From the NCBI GenBank assembly GCA_964589625.1, contig CAZPSH010000001.1:45862-109861 (forward strand): DNA of 64,000 nucleotides, written 5' to 3'. The notes under the pieces were generated by a model. That model did not search any database. It was not told where the DNA came from and saw only the letters and a list, made by a program, of their open reading frames with translations. The stretch is from an uncultured Thermoanaerobaculia bacterium. GTDB lineage: Bacteria; Acidobacteriota; UBA4820; DSQY01. The translations under genes and the position numbers were made by a program. Shown here in pieces: positions 29,953 through 39,456 of the stretch. Each line of letters starts with the position of its first letter. Position 1 is the stretch's first letter.

Positions 29953-30729
29953 ATGAGGCTTGGGCGGGACTGGCAGGAATGGAGGCTTTGGAAGGGGCTC
30001 GAGTACGTCGGGGGCCTCTCCAAGCTCGCAAAGGACACGGCGCGCTCCATCGCCACGCAGCGGTGGGAGGGCGCACAGATCGTCTATCAGATGGACGTCC
30101 TTGGGGTTCAGTCCTTCTCCATCGTCCTCATCACGGCCACGTTCATGGGAATGGTCCTGGCGATCCAGACCGCCTACGCCCTCGACGCCTTCGGCGCGAA
30201 GCTCTATGTCGGCGAGGTCGTCGCCATCTCCATGACCCGGGAGCTGGCGCCCGTCATCATTTCCCTCATGGTGGGGGGGCGCGTGGGCGCAGGGATTACG
30301 GCGGAAATCGGCGCCATGAAGGTGACCGAGCAGATCGACGCCCTGAGGGCCATGGGGGCGAATCCCGTGCGCAAGCTCGTGGTTCCGCGGCTCGTGGCAG
30401 TCCTGTTCTTCCTTCCCCTGCTCGTGCTGCTGGCGGACGCGCTCGGAATCCTCGGGGGGTACATCATCTCGACCTTCGAACTGCAGATCTCCGGGCGATT
30501 CTACTTCTCCCACGCCTTCCGAATGCTCAAACTCACGGACGTGTTTTCAGGTCTGGGGAAGACGTTCTTCTTCGCCTTCGCCATCACCCTCATCGGCTGT
30601 TACAACGGCATGAACGCGGGCGGCGGCGCGGACGGGGTCGGACGGGCGACGACCTTTACGGTGGTCCTGTCCTCCATCGTGATTCTGATATCCAACTTCT
30701 TCCTGACCAAGCTCTTTCTGGCGCTCTGA
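29953..30729 (+). CDS. mlaE: MlaE-family ABC permease
   Basis: RELAPV, GRVGAGITAEIGAMKVTEQIDALRAMG. Confidence 0.95.
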   Translation: MRLGRDWQEWRLWKGLEYVGGLSKLAKDTARSIATQRWEGAQIVYQMDVLGVQSFSIVLITATFMGMVLAIQTAYALDAFGAKLYVGEVVAISMTRELAPVIISLMVGGRVGAGITAEIGAMKVTEQIDALRAMGANPVRKLVVPRLVAVLFFLPLLVLLADALGILGGYIISTFELQISGRFYFSHAFRMLKLTDVFSGLGKTFFFAFAITLIGCYNGMNAGGGADGVGRATTFTVVLSSIVILISNFFLTKLFLAL

Positions 30730-30730
30730 G

Positions 30731-31483
30731 ATGGAACCCTTCCTGGAGTTCAAGGGCGTGGAAAAGGCCTTCGGAGACAACCGGGTTCTCCGCGGCCTCG
30801 ACCTCGCCGTGGGAAGAGGGGAATCCATGGTGATCCTGGGAGGGTCTGGAACCGGGAAGTCGGTCCTGCTGAAGATCGCCATCGGGCTCCTCACCGCAGA
30901 CGCGGGCCGCGTGTTCGTGGAGGGGGAGGACGTCACGGACCTCACGGAGCCCGAGTGGATGAACGTCCGCCGGAAGGTGTCCTACATGTTCCAGTGGGGG
31001 GCGCTGTTCGATTCCATGAACGTGTACGACAACGTCGCGTTCCCTCTAAGGGAAGCCCGGATCCACGATGAGAACGAGGTCCGCCGGCGGGTCTTGGAAA
31101 AGCTAGGTCTCGTCGGGCTTTCGCGCTGGGCGGAGGTGTTCCCCTCGGACCTTTCCGGAGGCATGCGGAAGCGGGTCGCGCTGGCCCGCTCCATCGTCAC
31201 GGAGCCCGCCTGCATCCTTTACGACGAGCCGACGTCTGGATTAGACCCCGTCACCGCCGATACCATCAACCGGCTGATCCGAAGGATGCAGGAGGTTCTC
31301 GGGGTTACATCCGTGGTCGTTACCCACGACATTGCGAGCATGTTCAAGGTAGCCGACCGCGTGGCCTTCCTCCACGAGGGCGTCATGGCCTACGTGGGCC
31401 GTCCCGAGGACGCGAAGTCCTTCGGACACCCCGTCCTAACGGGCTTTATCGAGGGGAGGAGCCCCGATGAATCCGAAACCTGA
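30731..31483 (+). CDS. mlaF: MlaF-family ABC ATPase
   Basis: GGSGTGKS, LSGGMRKRVALAR, LYDEPTSGLDP, VVVTHD. Confidence 0.95.
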   Translation: MEPFLEFKGVEKAFGDNRVLRGLDLAVGRGESMVILGGSGTGKSVLLKIAIGLLTADAGRVFVEGEDVTDLTEPEWMNVRRKVSYMFQWGALFDSMNVYDNVAFPLREARIHDENEVRRRVLEKLGLVGLSRWAEVFPSDLSGGMRKRVALARSIVTEPACILYDEPTSGLDPVTADTINRLIRRMQEVLGVTSVVVTHDIASMFKVADRVAFLHEGVMAYVGRPEDAKSFGHPVLTGFIEGRSPDESET

Positions 31484-32615
31484 GTGGCGCGCCGTCCGAA
31501 TCGGCCTCCTGGTGGCCCTCGGCCTGCTGGTGGCGGCCGTGGGCATCGTGGGGATCACGAGCAAGAACAGGCTGTTCGAGCGGAAGGTGGAGTACTACAG
31601 CCTCTTCCCGGACGCGGCGGGCCTGAAGGAGGGGAACGGCGTCTGGTACCAGGGCGTCGAGGTGGGTTTTATCACGGGGATCAGCCTTACCGCCGACCCG
31701 GACGTCCAACAGGTGGAGGTCCGGTACAAAGTGACGGCGGCCCTCACGCCCAGGATACGCACCGGCACACGGGCCTCCATCAAGACCCTCGGCCTCTTGG
31801 GCGACAAATACCTGGCGCTGGAAACCCCCTCCCACAACGAGAACGAGCCCATCATCCTTCCGGGCCAGCTAATCGCCGCGAACCGCCAGATCAACCTGGC
31901 GGCGCTGGGCCGGGACGCCCAGGACCTGATGGAAAACACCCTGGAATTGTCCAAGAGCGTCAACCAACTCGTGGGACTACTGGTGAAGGGGGAGGGAGCC
32001 CTTCCCCGGCTCCTGAACGACAGGGAGGTGGGGGGGGAACTGCTCCGGAACCTCATGGACATGAGCCGGAACCTGGACAAGGTGACGGGTGACCTGGCCC
32101 GGGGCCAGAACCTCGCCGGGAAGATCCTCGCCGACAAGGCTTACGGAAAGCAGGTTTCCGAGGATATGGCGCAAGCGGCGTGCAGGACCAACGAGATCCT
32201 GAAAAGCGTCCAGGAGGGTGAGGGCGCGGCCGGTGCGCTCCTTTCCAAGGACGGAGATGGCGAGAGGATGGTGGCGGACCTCGCCGCCGCGTCGTCCACC
32301 CTGGCCCGCATCGCCGCCGCCGTGGAAAAGCCAGGGACCGTGGGGAACAAGATCCTTCTGGACGAGGCCTACGGGAAGGAGCTGGCCGAAAACCTCCTCT
32401 CCATCAGCCGGTCGGTGGATTCCATCCTCAAGAAGGTGGACCGGGGGGAGGGCACCCTGGGGGCGCTCATCAACGACCGACAGGTCTACGATTCCATGGT
32501 CGTCCTCGCCGAAGGAATGAAGAGGAGCACACTCGTCAGCTGGTACCTGAGGAAGACCGGGGAGAAGGGCGTCAAAGACCTCCAGAAAAAGAAGGCCGGA
32601 GAGACCAGGCCATGA
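31467..32615 (+). CDS. mlaD: MCE/MlaD family protein with helical repeats
   Basis: GLKEGNGVWYQGVEVG, TLGLLGDKY; repeated G-x-x-G-x-L-L-x-D segments. Confidence 0.92.
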   Translation: MNPKPEWRAVRIGLLVALGLLVAAVGIVGITSKNRLFERKVEYYSLFPDAAGLKEGNGVWYQGVEVGFITGISLTADPDVQQVEVRYKVTAALTPRIRTGTRASIKTLGLLGDKYLALETPSHNENEPIILPGQLIAANRQINLAALGRDAQDLMENTLELSKSVNQLVGLLVKGEGALPRLLNDREVGGELLRNLMDMSRNLDKVTGDLARGQNLAGKILADKAYGKQVSEDMAQAACRTNEILKSVQEGEGAAGALLSKDGDGERMVADLAAASSTLARIAAAVEKPGTVGNKILLDEAYGKELAENLLSISRSVDSILKKVDRGEGTLGALINDRQVYDSMVVLAEGMKRSTLVSWYLRKTGEKGVKDLQKKKAGETRP

Positions 32616-33562
32616 ACGTCTTGGTCACGGGCGCTGCCGGCTTCATCGGCTCCCACCTCTGCGAGGCCCTTCTCGAGGTGGGCCATACGGTCACGGGTGT
32701 GGACAATTTCGACCCCTACTACGACCGGACCATCAAGGAGAGGAACCTGAGGGAGAGCCTCCTCCGGCCCGACTTCCACTTCGTGGAAATGGACCTGAGG
32801 GACGCCCCCGCCGTCCGGGCCCTCATGGCTCAGGGGTGGGACCGGGTGGTCCACCTCGCCGGAAGGGGAGGGGTGCGGCGCTCGATCCTCGAGCCACAGG
32901 CCTACCTCGAGAACAACCTCCTGGCCACGGGCAACGTTCTCGAGGCCATGCGGGAAACGGGGCTGGATCGCCTCGTCTTCGCCTCCACGTCGAGCGTGTA
33001 CGGCAACGTCAGCCCGGTGCCCTTTCGGGAGGACAACCGAGCGGACTGGCCCATCTCACCCTACTCCGCCTCCAAGAAGGCCTGTGAGGTTCTCGCCTAC
33101 ACCTATCACCACCTTCATGGCCTTCACGCCTTCGTCTTGAGGTTTTTCACGGTATACGGGCCCCGACAGCGGCCCGACATGGCCATCCACACGTTCGTGA
33201 AGGCCGTCACCCGCGGAGAGGCCATCGAGCGTTACGGAGACGGCTCCACGGAGAGGGACTATACTTACGTGGACGACATCGTCGCGGGGGTGGTGCGCGC
33301 GGTGGAACGCGTGGAAGGCTACGAGATCATCAACATCGGGGGCGCCCAGACCACCTCCCTGGCACACTTGATCGAGCTCATCGAGGAGGTCACGGGAGAA
33401 AGGGCCCGCGTCGTGGAGAAACCCCTGCCGCCGGGAGACGTGGTTCGCACCTTCGCGGACACGTCCAAGGCCCAGCGGCTCTTGGACTTCAGAGCGGAAG
33501 TCTCCATCGAGGAGGGGCTCCGCCGCTTCATCCGCTGGTACCGCGAGGAGCCATTGCCATGA
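32612..33562 (+). CDS. NAD-dependent nucleotide-sugar epimerase (UDP-glucuronate 4-epimerase-like)
   Basis: VTGAAGFIGSH, ASTSSVYG, YSASKKA, RFFTVYGPRQRPDMA. Confidence 0.92.
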   Translation: MNVLVTGAAGFIGSHLCEALLEVGHTVTGVDNFDPYYDRTIKERNLRESLLRPDFHFVEMDLRDAPAVRALMAQGWDRVVHLAGRGGVRRSILEPQAYLENNLLATGNVLEAMRETGLDRLVFASTSSVYGNVSPVPFREDNRADWPISPYSASKKACEVLAYTYHHLHGLHAFVLRFFTVYGPRQRPDMAIHTFVKAVTRGEAIERYGDGSTERDYTYVDDIVAGVVRAVERVEGYEIINIGGAQTTSLAHLIELIEEVTGERARVVEKPLPPGDVVRTFADTSKAQRLLDFRAEVSIEEGLRRFIRWYREEPLP

Positions 33563-34857
33563 AAGTGACGGTCATCGGTACGGGCTACGTAGGGCTCGTG
33601 ACGGGCGCCTGCCTGGCCCATTTCGGATTGGAAGTGACCTGCGCCGATTTGGACGCCGGGAAGATCGAGAAGCTGCGCCAGGGCGTCATCCCCATCTACG
33701 AGCCGGGTCTGGAGGAGGTCGTTTCTCGGAACGTCCAAGCGGGCCGGCTCCGCTTCACGGCGGACGTTGCCTCCGCGATTCCCGACGCGGAGGTTGTCTT
33801 CCTCGCCGTGGGCACGCCGCCTCTGCCGGACGGAAGCGCCGACATGCGGTACGTCTTCGGGGCCGTCCAGACGATTTCGGAGCGCCACCAGCGCTATCAG
33901 GTGATCGTCACCAAGAGCACCGTTCCCGTGGGCACAGGGGCGAAAATCGAGGCCCTGATGGCGGAGCGCCACCCGAGGGAAACCTTCGCTGTGGTTTCAA
34001 ATCCCGAGTTCCTGCGGGAGGGTTCGGCGGTGGCCGATTTCATGAAGCCCGAGCGCATCGTCGTGGGATGCGACGATCCCAAGGCGCTCGAAATCATGCG
34101 GCGAATGTACAAGCCCCAGACCGACCAGAGCATCCAGATGCTCGCCGCGAGCCGGGTGACCGCCGAGCTCATCAAGTACGCAAGCAACGCATTTCTCGCG
34201 GTGAAGATCTCCTTCATCAACGAGATCTCGAGACTCTGCGAGGAGGTGGGGGCGGACGTGATGGACGTGGCGCGGGGCATGGGGATGGACTCCCGCATCG
34301 GTCCGCGCTTTCTCCTTCCTGGACCTGGTTACGGAGGCTCCTGCTTCCCGAAAGACACCAGGGCGCTTCTGGACGTGGCCCGCTCGAGAAAAGTTGGATT
34401 GCGGGTGGTGGAGGCCGCCGTGGCGGCCAACGAGGACCAGATCCAAAGGGCCTTGAACAAGATCCAGAAGGCCTTTGGAAGCATCCAGGGCGCCCGCGTG
34501 GCCCTTCTCGGGCTCGCCTTCAAGAGCGACACCGACGACATACGCGAATCTCCCGCCATGAAGATCGCCGCGGCCCTGCTCGAGGCCGGGGCCGTCGTTC
34601 AGGCCTTTGATCCCGCGGCCGCCGAAAACGCCGCCGCTGTGCTGCCGGCTTTGGGCTTCGCCAAGGACCCGTATGATGCCGCCGCCGGCGCGGACGGTGT
34701 TGTCGTCGCCACCGAGTGGAACGAATTCAAGAAGCTCGACCTCCAGCGCATGCGGGAGAGCCTCAAAACGGCCCTTGTTGTGGACCTGCGCAACCTTTAC
34801 GATCCCAAGGAGATCCGCGAAGCCGGGTTTACTTACGTCTCCGTGGGCCGGCCCTGA
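33559..34857 (+). CDS. ugd: UDP-glucose/GDP-mannose 6-dehydrogenase
   Basis: GTGYVGL, AVGTP, KSTVPVG, NPEFLREG, GYGGSCFPKD. Confidence 0.95.
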   Translation: MKVTVIGTGYVGLVTGACLAHFGLEVTCADLDAGKIEKLRQGVIPIYEPGLEEVVSRNVQAGRLRFTADVASAIPDAEVVFLAVGTPPLPDGSADMRYVFGAVQTISERHQRYQVIVTKSTVPVGTGAKIEALMAERHPRETFAVVSNPEFLREGSAVADFMKPERIVVGCDDPKALEIMRRMYKPQTDQSIQMLAASRVTAELIKYASNAFLAVKISFINEISRLCEEVGADVMDVARGMGMDSRIGPRFLLPGPGYGGSCFPKDTRALLDVARSRKVGLRVVEAAVAANEDQIQRALNKIQKAFGSIQGARVALLGLAFKSDTDDIRESPAMKIAAALLEAGAVVQAFDPAAAENAAAVLPALGFAKDPYDAAAGADGVVVATEWNEFKKLDLQRMRESLKTALVVDLRNLYDPKEIREAGFTYVSVGRP

Positions 34858-34984
34858 GCCGGCGACGCATCGGCCCGGATAGAGGGGCCGCGGCGGGGCG
34901 CCAGGGAGGTGCGGCCGGAACCGGCGCGCTCCCCGCCTTCCAACGCGGGTATGTTTCCGGGTTGCCTTCCGCCCTGGGCGAGGA

Positions 34985-35665
34985 GTGTCCTTGAGCGGGA
35001 AAATCACGCGCCGATCCAGCGACCTTTGGAGGATTCCAAGCCCCCTGTGGGAGCGCATCGAGCCGGCCCGCCTTCTCCTGGGGGACTGGTGGAAGGAGGG
35101 GGCTCATCCCGTCGCCTGGGAGGAGATCCTTCCCGGGGGGCCCATGCACCTGGAAGTGGGTTTCGGGGGAGGGGAGTGCCTGCTCGGCATGGCGAGACGG
35201 CATTCGGAAGGCCGATTCGTCGGGGTGGAGCGCTTCGCCGAGGGCCACAGGAGCCTCGTAAAGAACGTCCTCCGTCTCGGCCTGACAAACGTCTTATCCG
35301 CCGTGGGCGACGCCTACGTGGTGGTGGAGGTCTGCTTCGCCGACGGGAGCCTCGAGAGCGTGACGCTCAACTTCTCCGATCCGTGGCCCAAAGCCCGCCA
35401 CGCTTCGAGGCGGCTGTTTACGGAGGAGTTTCTCGGTCTCGCGGCCCGGAAGCTCCGGCCGGGGGGCCGGCTCCACCTGGCCACGGACGACGGCGCGTAT
35501 GCAAAGCAGGCCATCGAGGAGTTGGCCAAGCTTCCCCTCCTTTCCTCGACCCATCCGGGACTCCGCTGGATGGATTCCTCGCCCAACCCGCTTAAAACCC
35601 GATACGAGGAGAAGTGGATCCGCGAGGGGCGTCGGCTGCACTACTTGGTCTACGAGAGAAGGTGA
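34985..35665 (+). CDS. trmB: tRNA (guanine-N7)-methyltransferase
   Basis: LEVGFGGGE, GVER, NFSDPWPKARH, ATDD, TRYEEK. Confidence 0.9.
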   Translation: MSLSGKITRRSSDLWRIPSPLWERIEPARLLLGDWWKEGAHPVAWEEILPGGPMHLEVGFGGGECLLGMARRHSEGRFVGVERFAEGHRSLVKNVLRLGLTNVLSAVGDAYVVVEVCFADGSLESVTLNFSDPWPKARHASRRLFTEEFLGLAARKLRPGGRLHLATDDGAYAKQAIEELAKLPLLSSTHPGLRWMDSSPNPLKTRYEEKWIREGRRLHYLVYERR

Positions 35666-35668
35666 ACG

Positions 35669-36067
35669 ATGCCCCACGCGAAGCTCCGAGGAGAAATCCC
35701 ACTGCCGGAGGTATGGAAGAGCCCGCCCGCGTTACGCTTCTCCGTCCCCGAGGAGGACCTCCACGTCAAGTTCCTGGAGGCTTTTCTGGGAGGCGCCGAG
35801 AGGAGTCTTCTTCTTCGGTACGTGGTGGCCGAAGGGCGGTTGAACCAGACCGTGGGCGTCCTTCTGGCCGTCGCAGAGGACGGGTGGATCCTGAAGCTGG
35901 ATACGGCGTGTTCGACCCTGCGCTCCCCCGGAGTCAAGCTCCTGTTAGCGACGGTGGCGGCGTGGCTGGAGCGAAAGGGGCTGGAGGCCGTGTCCTCCAC
36001 CATGGAAGCCTACCGAGCGCGGGGAGCCTTTTACGCGGAGCACGCCGAGGGCCAAGAGGCGCCGTGA
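35669..36067 (+). CDS. Hypothetical protein
   Basis: Protein-like composition, 3 nt downstream of trmB; no recognised motif. Confidence 0.6.
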   Translation: MPHAKLRGEIPLPEVWKSPPALRFSVPEEDLHVKFLEAFLGGAERSLLLRYVVAEGRLNQTVGVLLAVAEDGWILKLDTACSTLRSPGVKLLLATVAAWLERKGLEAVSSTMEAYRARGAFYAEHAEGQEAP

Positions 36068-36091
36068 GGGCCCTCCCGGAAGCCGGACGGC

Positions 36092-37843
36092 TCAGAGGGC
36101 CGTGTCCTCGACGGTATGCCGGTGGATCTTGGCCCTGTACAGGCACGCGTCTATCTTGCGGATCACGTCCTCCACGTGGACGCCCTCGGTCTCTCCGGAG
36201 GACCAGAGGGCGCCGATGCTGATGGAAGTCCGGATCTGGCTGCCCGACTCGAAGAGAACGAGCCGGTCCACGGCCTCCATGATCCGCTCCGCGACGGCGC
36301 GGGTCACGGCGCGGTCCGCACCCTTGAGCAGGATGGCGAATTCGTCCCCGCCGTAGCGGCACGGGATGTCTCCGACACGGCACTGGTGCTGGATGCACGT
36401 GCCCAGCACCTGGAGGTATCGGTCCCCCGTAAGGTGGCCGTGGCGGTCGTTGACGGACTTGAAGTCGTCGCAGTCCAGAAAGAGGAGTCCGAAGGCCTCG
36501 CGCCTCGCCAGGCACGTGGCGAGGCTCTCCTCGAAGAAGCTCTTGTTGAAGAGGCGCGTCAGTCCGTCCTGTGTGGCCCTCTTGTAGAGCCTGGCGCCCA
36601 CGACGGCGGCGGACAATTGCTGGACGAAGGCCAGGAAGAGTTCCCTATGAAATGGCCTGTAAATGCGGGGAGCGTCCCGCTGGACGGAGAAGACGCCGAT
36701 GCATCGGGCGTTGTCCAGGAGGGGCGCCATGAACACGGAGCGGATTCGGTGGGCCTGGGATCCCTCCCGGTGGGTGATGCGCATCCACTGCTTCTCGCCG
36801 AGCAGGTCGTCGATGAAAAGGGGTTCTCCGGTCTGGATGACACGGCCGGTCAGCCCCCTGTCGAGTTCCGCGTCCCCGAGGGACAGCTCGTTCCCGTGAT
36901 CCACGACGCGTGCAAACTGTACGCGTCCGCTCCGCTCGTCCAGAAGCGCCAGAAAAAACGTGTCCGCCCCGAAAAGTTCCGAACACACGCGCTTGACCAC
37001 GTCCATCACCTGGGGGAGATCCAGTGTCGTATGGAGGTCGGCCGTGTACGTGTTGAGCCTACGAACGAGATCGAACTGGGTGAGCAGGTTCTTGGTCTGA
37101 ACCGAGAGCCGATTGAGAACTATGACGAGGACGACGAGCACAGGGAGCAGAAGGAGGACGACCTTCGAGGCGTCGGCCTGGGAGAGAAGCGCGAACCCGG
37201 CGCCCGAGAGGACCGAGATCGCGTGAATCGCCCCGTCCAAAGACGCTTCGCGGGGTAGTTGCCGGAGACTTCGGAGCCCCGCTCGGGCGAGGTCCATGGG
37301 AAGGAAGAGGAGGTTGTTGAGAAGCGTGAAGACCAGCCAGAAGGCGCACAGCCCAAGCATCTGGTCCCGCCATGGGGCCGCAAAAAAACCCGCCGCCCCG
37401 ACGAAGACCCCCATGGCGATCCCGGCGCCCCAGAGGGAAAGTCCGAGCACAAAGGTGTTCGTCCACTTTCGGAAGGCCACGTCCAGTCGCTTGGGTTCCT
37501 CGGACGAGGCCATGGAGTACGCGATGAGGATGCACGAGGCGGAGAGGATGCACAGGAGCGCCGTCGGGAAACCGTAACAGAGCAGGGCGTACAGGTAGAT
37601 CGACAGTTCGAGAGAGAGGGTGTAGTTTTCGAAGACGCGCAGGCCCAGCGTACTGGCGCCTCCGGCAAGGGCGCCCAGGAGGAGGAGGGGGCCCCACGGG
37701 AGTGCGGACGCCTCTCGGAGTACCAGGGTCCCCGAGAGAATCAAAGCGGCCCATCCGTACAGGAAGTAGAGGCGTCGAACGCCCGGCGGCCCCTGGGAGG
37801 CCTGGGCGAAGTCCTTCCATGCGGATGCCATTCGCTCGCTCAT
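36092..37843 (-). CDS. Membrane diguanylate cyclase (multi-TM, GAF, GGDEF)
   Basis: DGLTRLFNK, DCDDFKSVNDRHGHLTGD, RVGD I-site, RYGGDEF. Confidence 0.93.
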   Translation of the reverse strand: MSERMASAWKDFAQASQGPPGVRRLYFLYGWAALILSGTLVLREASALPWGPLLLLGALAGGASTLGLRVFENYTLSLELSIYLYALLCYGFPTALLCILSASCILIAYSMASSEEPKRLDVAFRKWTNTFVLGLSLWGAGIAMGVFVGAAGFFAAPWRDQMLGLCAFWLVFTLLNNLLFLPMDLARAGLRSLRQLPREASLDGAIHAISVLSGAGFALLSQADASKVVLLLLPVLVVLVIVLNRLSVQTKNLLTQFDLVRRLNTYTADLHTTLDLPQVMDVVKRVCSELFGADTFFLALLDERSGRVQFARVVDHGNELSLGDAELDRGLTGRVIQTGEPLFIDDLLGEKQWMRITHREGSQAHRIRSVFMAPLLDNARCIGVFSVQRDAPRIYRPFHRELFLAFVQQLSAAVVGARLYKRATQDGLTRLFNKSFFEESLATCLARREAFGLLFLDCDDFKSVNDRHGHLTGDRYLQVLGTCIQHQCRVGDIPCRYGGDEFAILLKGADRAVTRAVAERIMEAVDRLVLFESGSQIRTSISIGALWSSGETEGVHVEDVIRKIDACLYRAKIHRHTVEDTAL

Positions 37844-39432
37844 CGGGAATCCGCCTGCACAACTTGGATCAACGCCTCGACTACGTCCCGATGATAGATT
37901 CTCCCGGCGCCGCTGACCAGTTCCGCCACCGCCGTAACTTTGGACTTGGGTTTTTTGTACCGGCGGTTGGGTGTCACCGACGCCTCATAGGCGTCGCAGA
38001 CGGCGATGATGGCGGCCATCTCGGAGGGCGGCCGGCCCTTCGGATAGCCCGATCCGTCCATCGCCTCGTGGTGCTGCTCCACCACCTCCGCCACGTCGAG
38101 CATGCCGATCTCCCGAAGGAGGTCCCCGCCGTGGCGGGCGTGTTCCCGCAGGATGTCCATTTCCTTCGGAGTGAGGGGCGCGATCTTGTTCAGAAGGGAC
38201 CACGAGATCCGTAGCTTCCCGATGTCATGAAGGAGGCCGGCTTCCTTGAGGACGTCCATCGAGACGCGCCAGCCCCCGCCGTTGCAGAGCCGCTCGGCCA
38301 GCCTCCCCGCGAGGAGACTCACTCCCCTCGCGTGGGAACGCCCCGTATACCAGTCCTTCTCCTCCAGGAGCCGCACGAGATCTCGGATCAGCTCCTCCCG
38401 CGTGGAGCCGCTTGTTCCGTGGAGGCCGCGCAGTACCGAAAGAGCCTGTTCCAGGACGAACTGTTCCTCCGCCGGGTAGCACTGGCCGACGCTTTCCCGG
38501 ACGGCCTTCCGGATCCAGTGGTAGGCCCCTTCCCAGTCCCCCTCGCGGCTGAACGCGACGGACATGAGGCGGCTTTGAGAGGCCTGGAGGGAGAAGCGGT
38601 AGGGACCCGAGGCTTGGGGGTCGAAGTAGAGCTGGGTCAGGATTTCGCGGGCCTGGCCGAACCTCTCTTCGAGGATCGCCAGTTCGGCCATGTCCTGGAG
38701 GTAGAGCTGCCGGAAACCGATGTCCAGTGGGTATCTCTCCATCTCCTCCAGGGCGGAGCGTGCGGCGGCCACCACGGAGGACTTCTCCCGTCCCTCCGCC
38801 ACGAATCCCCGGCGAAGCAGTACGTCGATGCGGTTGAGCCGCTCCTGGCCGAGAAAGTCGGACCGGCCCAGCCCGGCCCACTTCTGGAGTTCCTCTTCCG
38901 GAAGGAACTGGGCCATGGTCTCGGCGTCCAGGAAGGACGCCTGGGCGGAGTCAAAATCGCCTGTGCAGGCGTGGATGATCCCCTCCGTGTTGATGAGGTT
39001 CGCCAACGCCGCGGAGGGACGTCCCTGGGCCGCGGCCCGGCCCTCCAGGCAGCACTCCAGCGCCTCCTCGAAATGGTAGAAATTGCGGGCCGAGGCGGCG
39101 ACAGCGGTCGTGGACCGCAAAAAACGCTCCGTCTCCCCTGCTTCGAACAAGACCGGGCGCCACTGTTTCGCGAGGCTGTAGCGGTCGATGTCCGCCCCCT
39201 TCGCAAAGAGAAGCCTCCAGAGGGGGCCAAGCACCTCGTCCCACTGGGCCGCGGGGGGCCGTTGAGAGGCGGGGAGCGTGGCAACGAGTCCCAGGATGTT
39301 CTGCAGGTGGGCAATGGTCTGGGCGTGCTCCTCCAGGGACTCGGCGGACGCCTGGGGCAGGGTGGGGCGCCTGCGAAGCTCGCGGACGGCCTCGGAGATC
39401 ATCTGGAATTCGGCCCCCCAGGTCTTCGCCAA
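37840..39432 (-). CDS. HD-GYP phosphodiesterase with TPR-like N-terminal region
   Basis: KDWYT, LLHDIGK, HHEAMDGSGYPKG, CDAYEA; ATGA overlap with the DGC. Confidence 0.88.
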   Translation of the reverse strand: MAKTWGAEFQMISEAVRELRRRPTLPQASAESLEEHAQTIAHLQNILGLVATLPASQRPPAAQWDEVLGPLWRLLFAKGADIDRYSLAKQWRPVLFEAGETERFLRSTTAVAASARNFYHFEEALECCLEGRAAAQGRPSAALANLINTEGIIHACTGDFDSAQASFLDAETMAQFLPEEELQKWAGLGRSDFLGQERLNRIDVLLRRGFVAEGREKSSVVAAARSALEEMERYPLDIGFRQLYLQDMAELAILEERFGQAREILTQLYFDPQASGPYRFSLQASQSRLMSVAFSREGDWEGAYHWIRKAVRESVGQCYPAEEQFVLEQALSVLRGLHGTSGSTREELIRDLVRLLEEKDWYTGRSHARGVSLLAGRLAERLCNGGGWRVSMDVLKEAGLLHDIGKLRISWSLLNKIAPLTPKEMDILREHARHGGDLLREIGMLDVAEVVEQHHEAMDGSGYPKGRPPSEMAAIIAVCDAYEASVTPNRRYKKPKSKVTAVAELVSGAGRIYHRDVVEALIQVVQADSR

Positions 39433-39456
39433 CGGCGTCCTCCGCAGACGGTGCCG

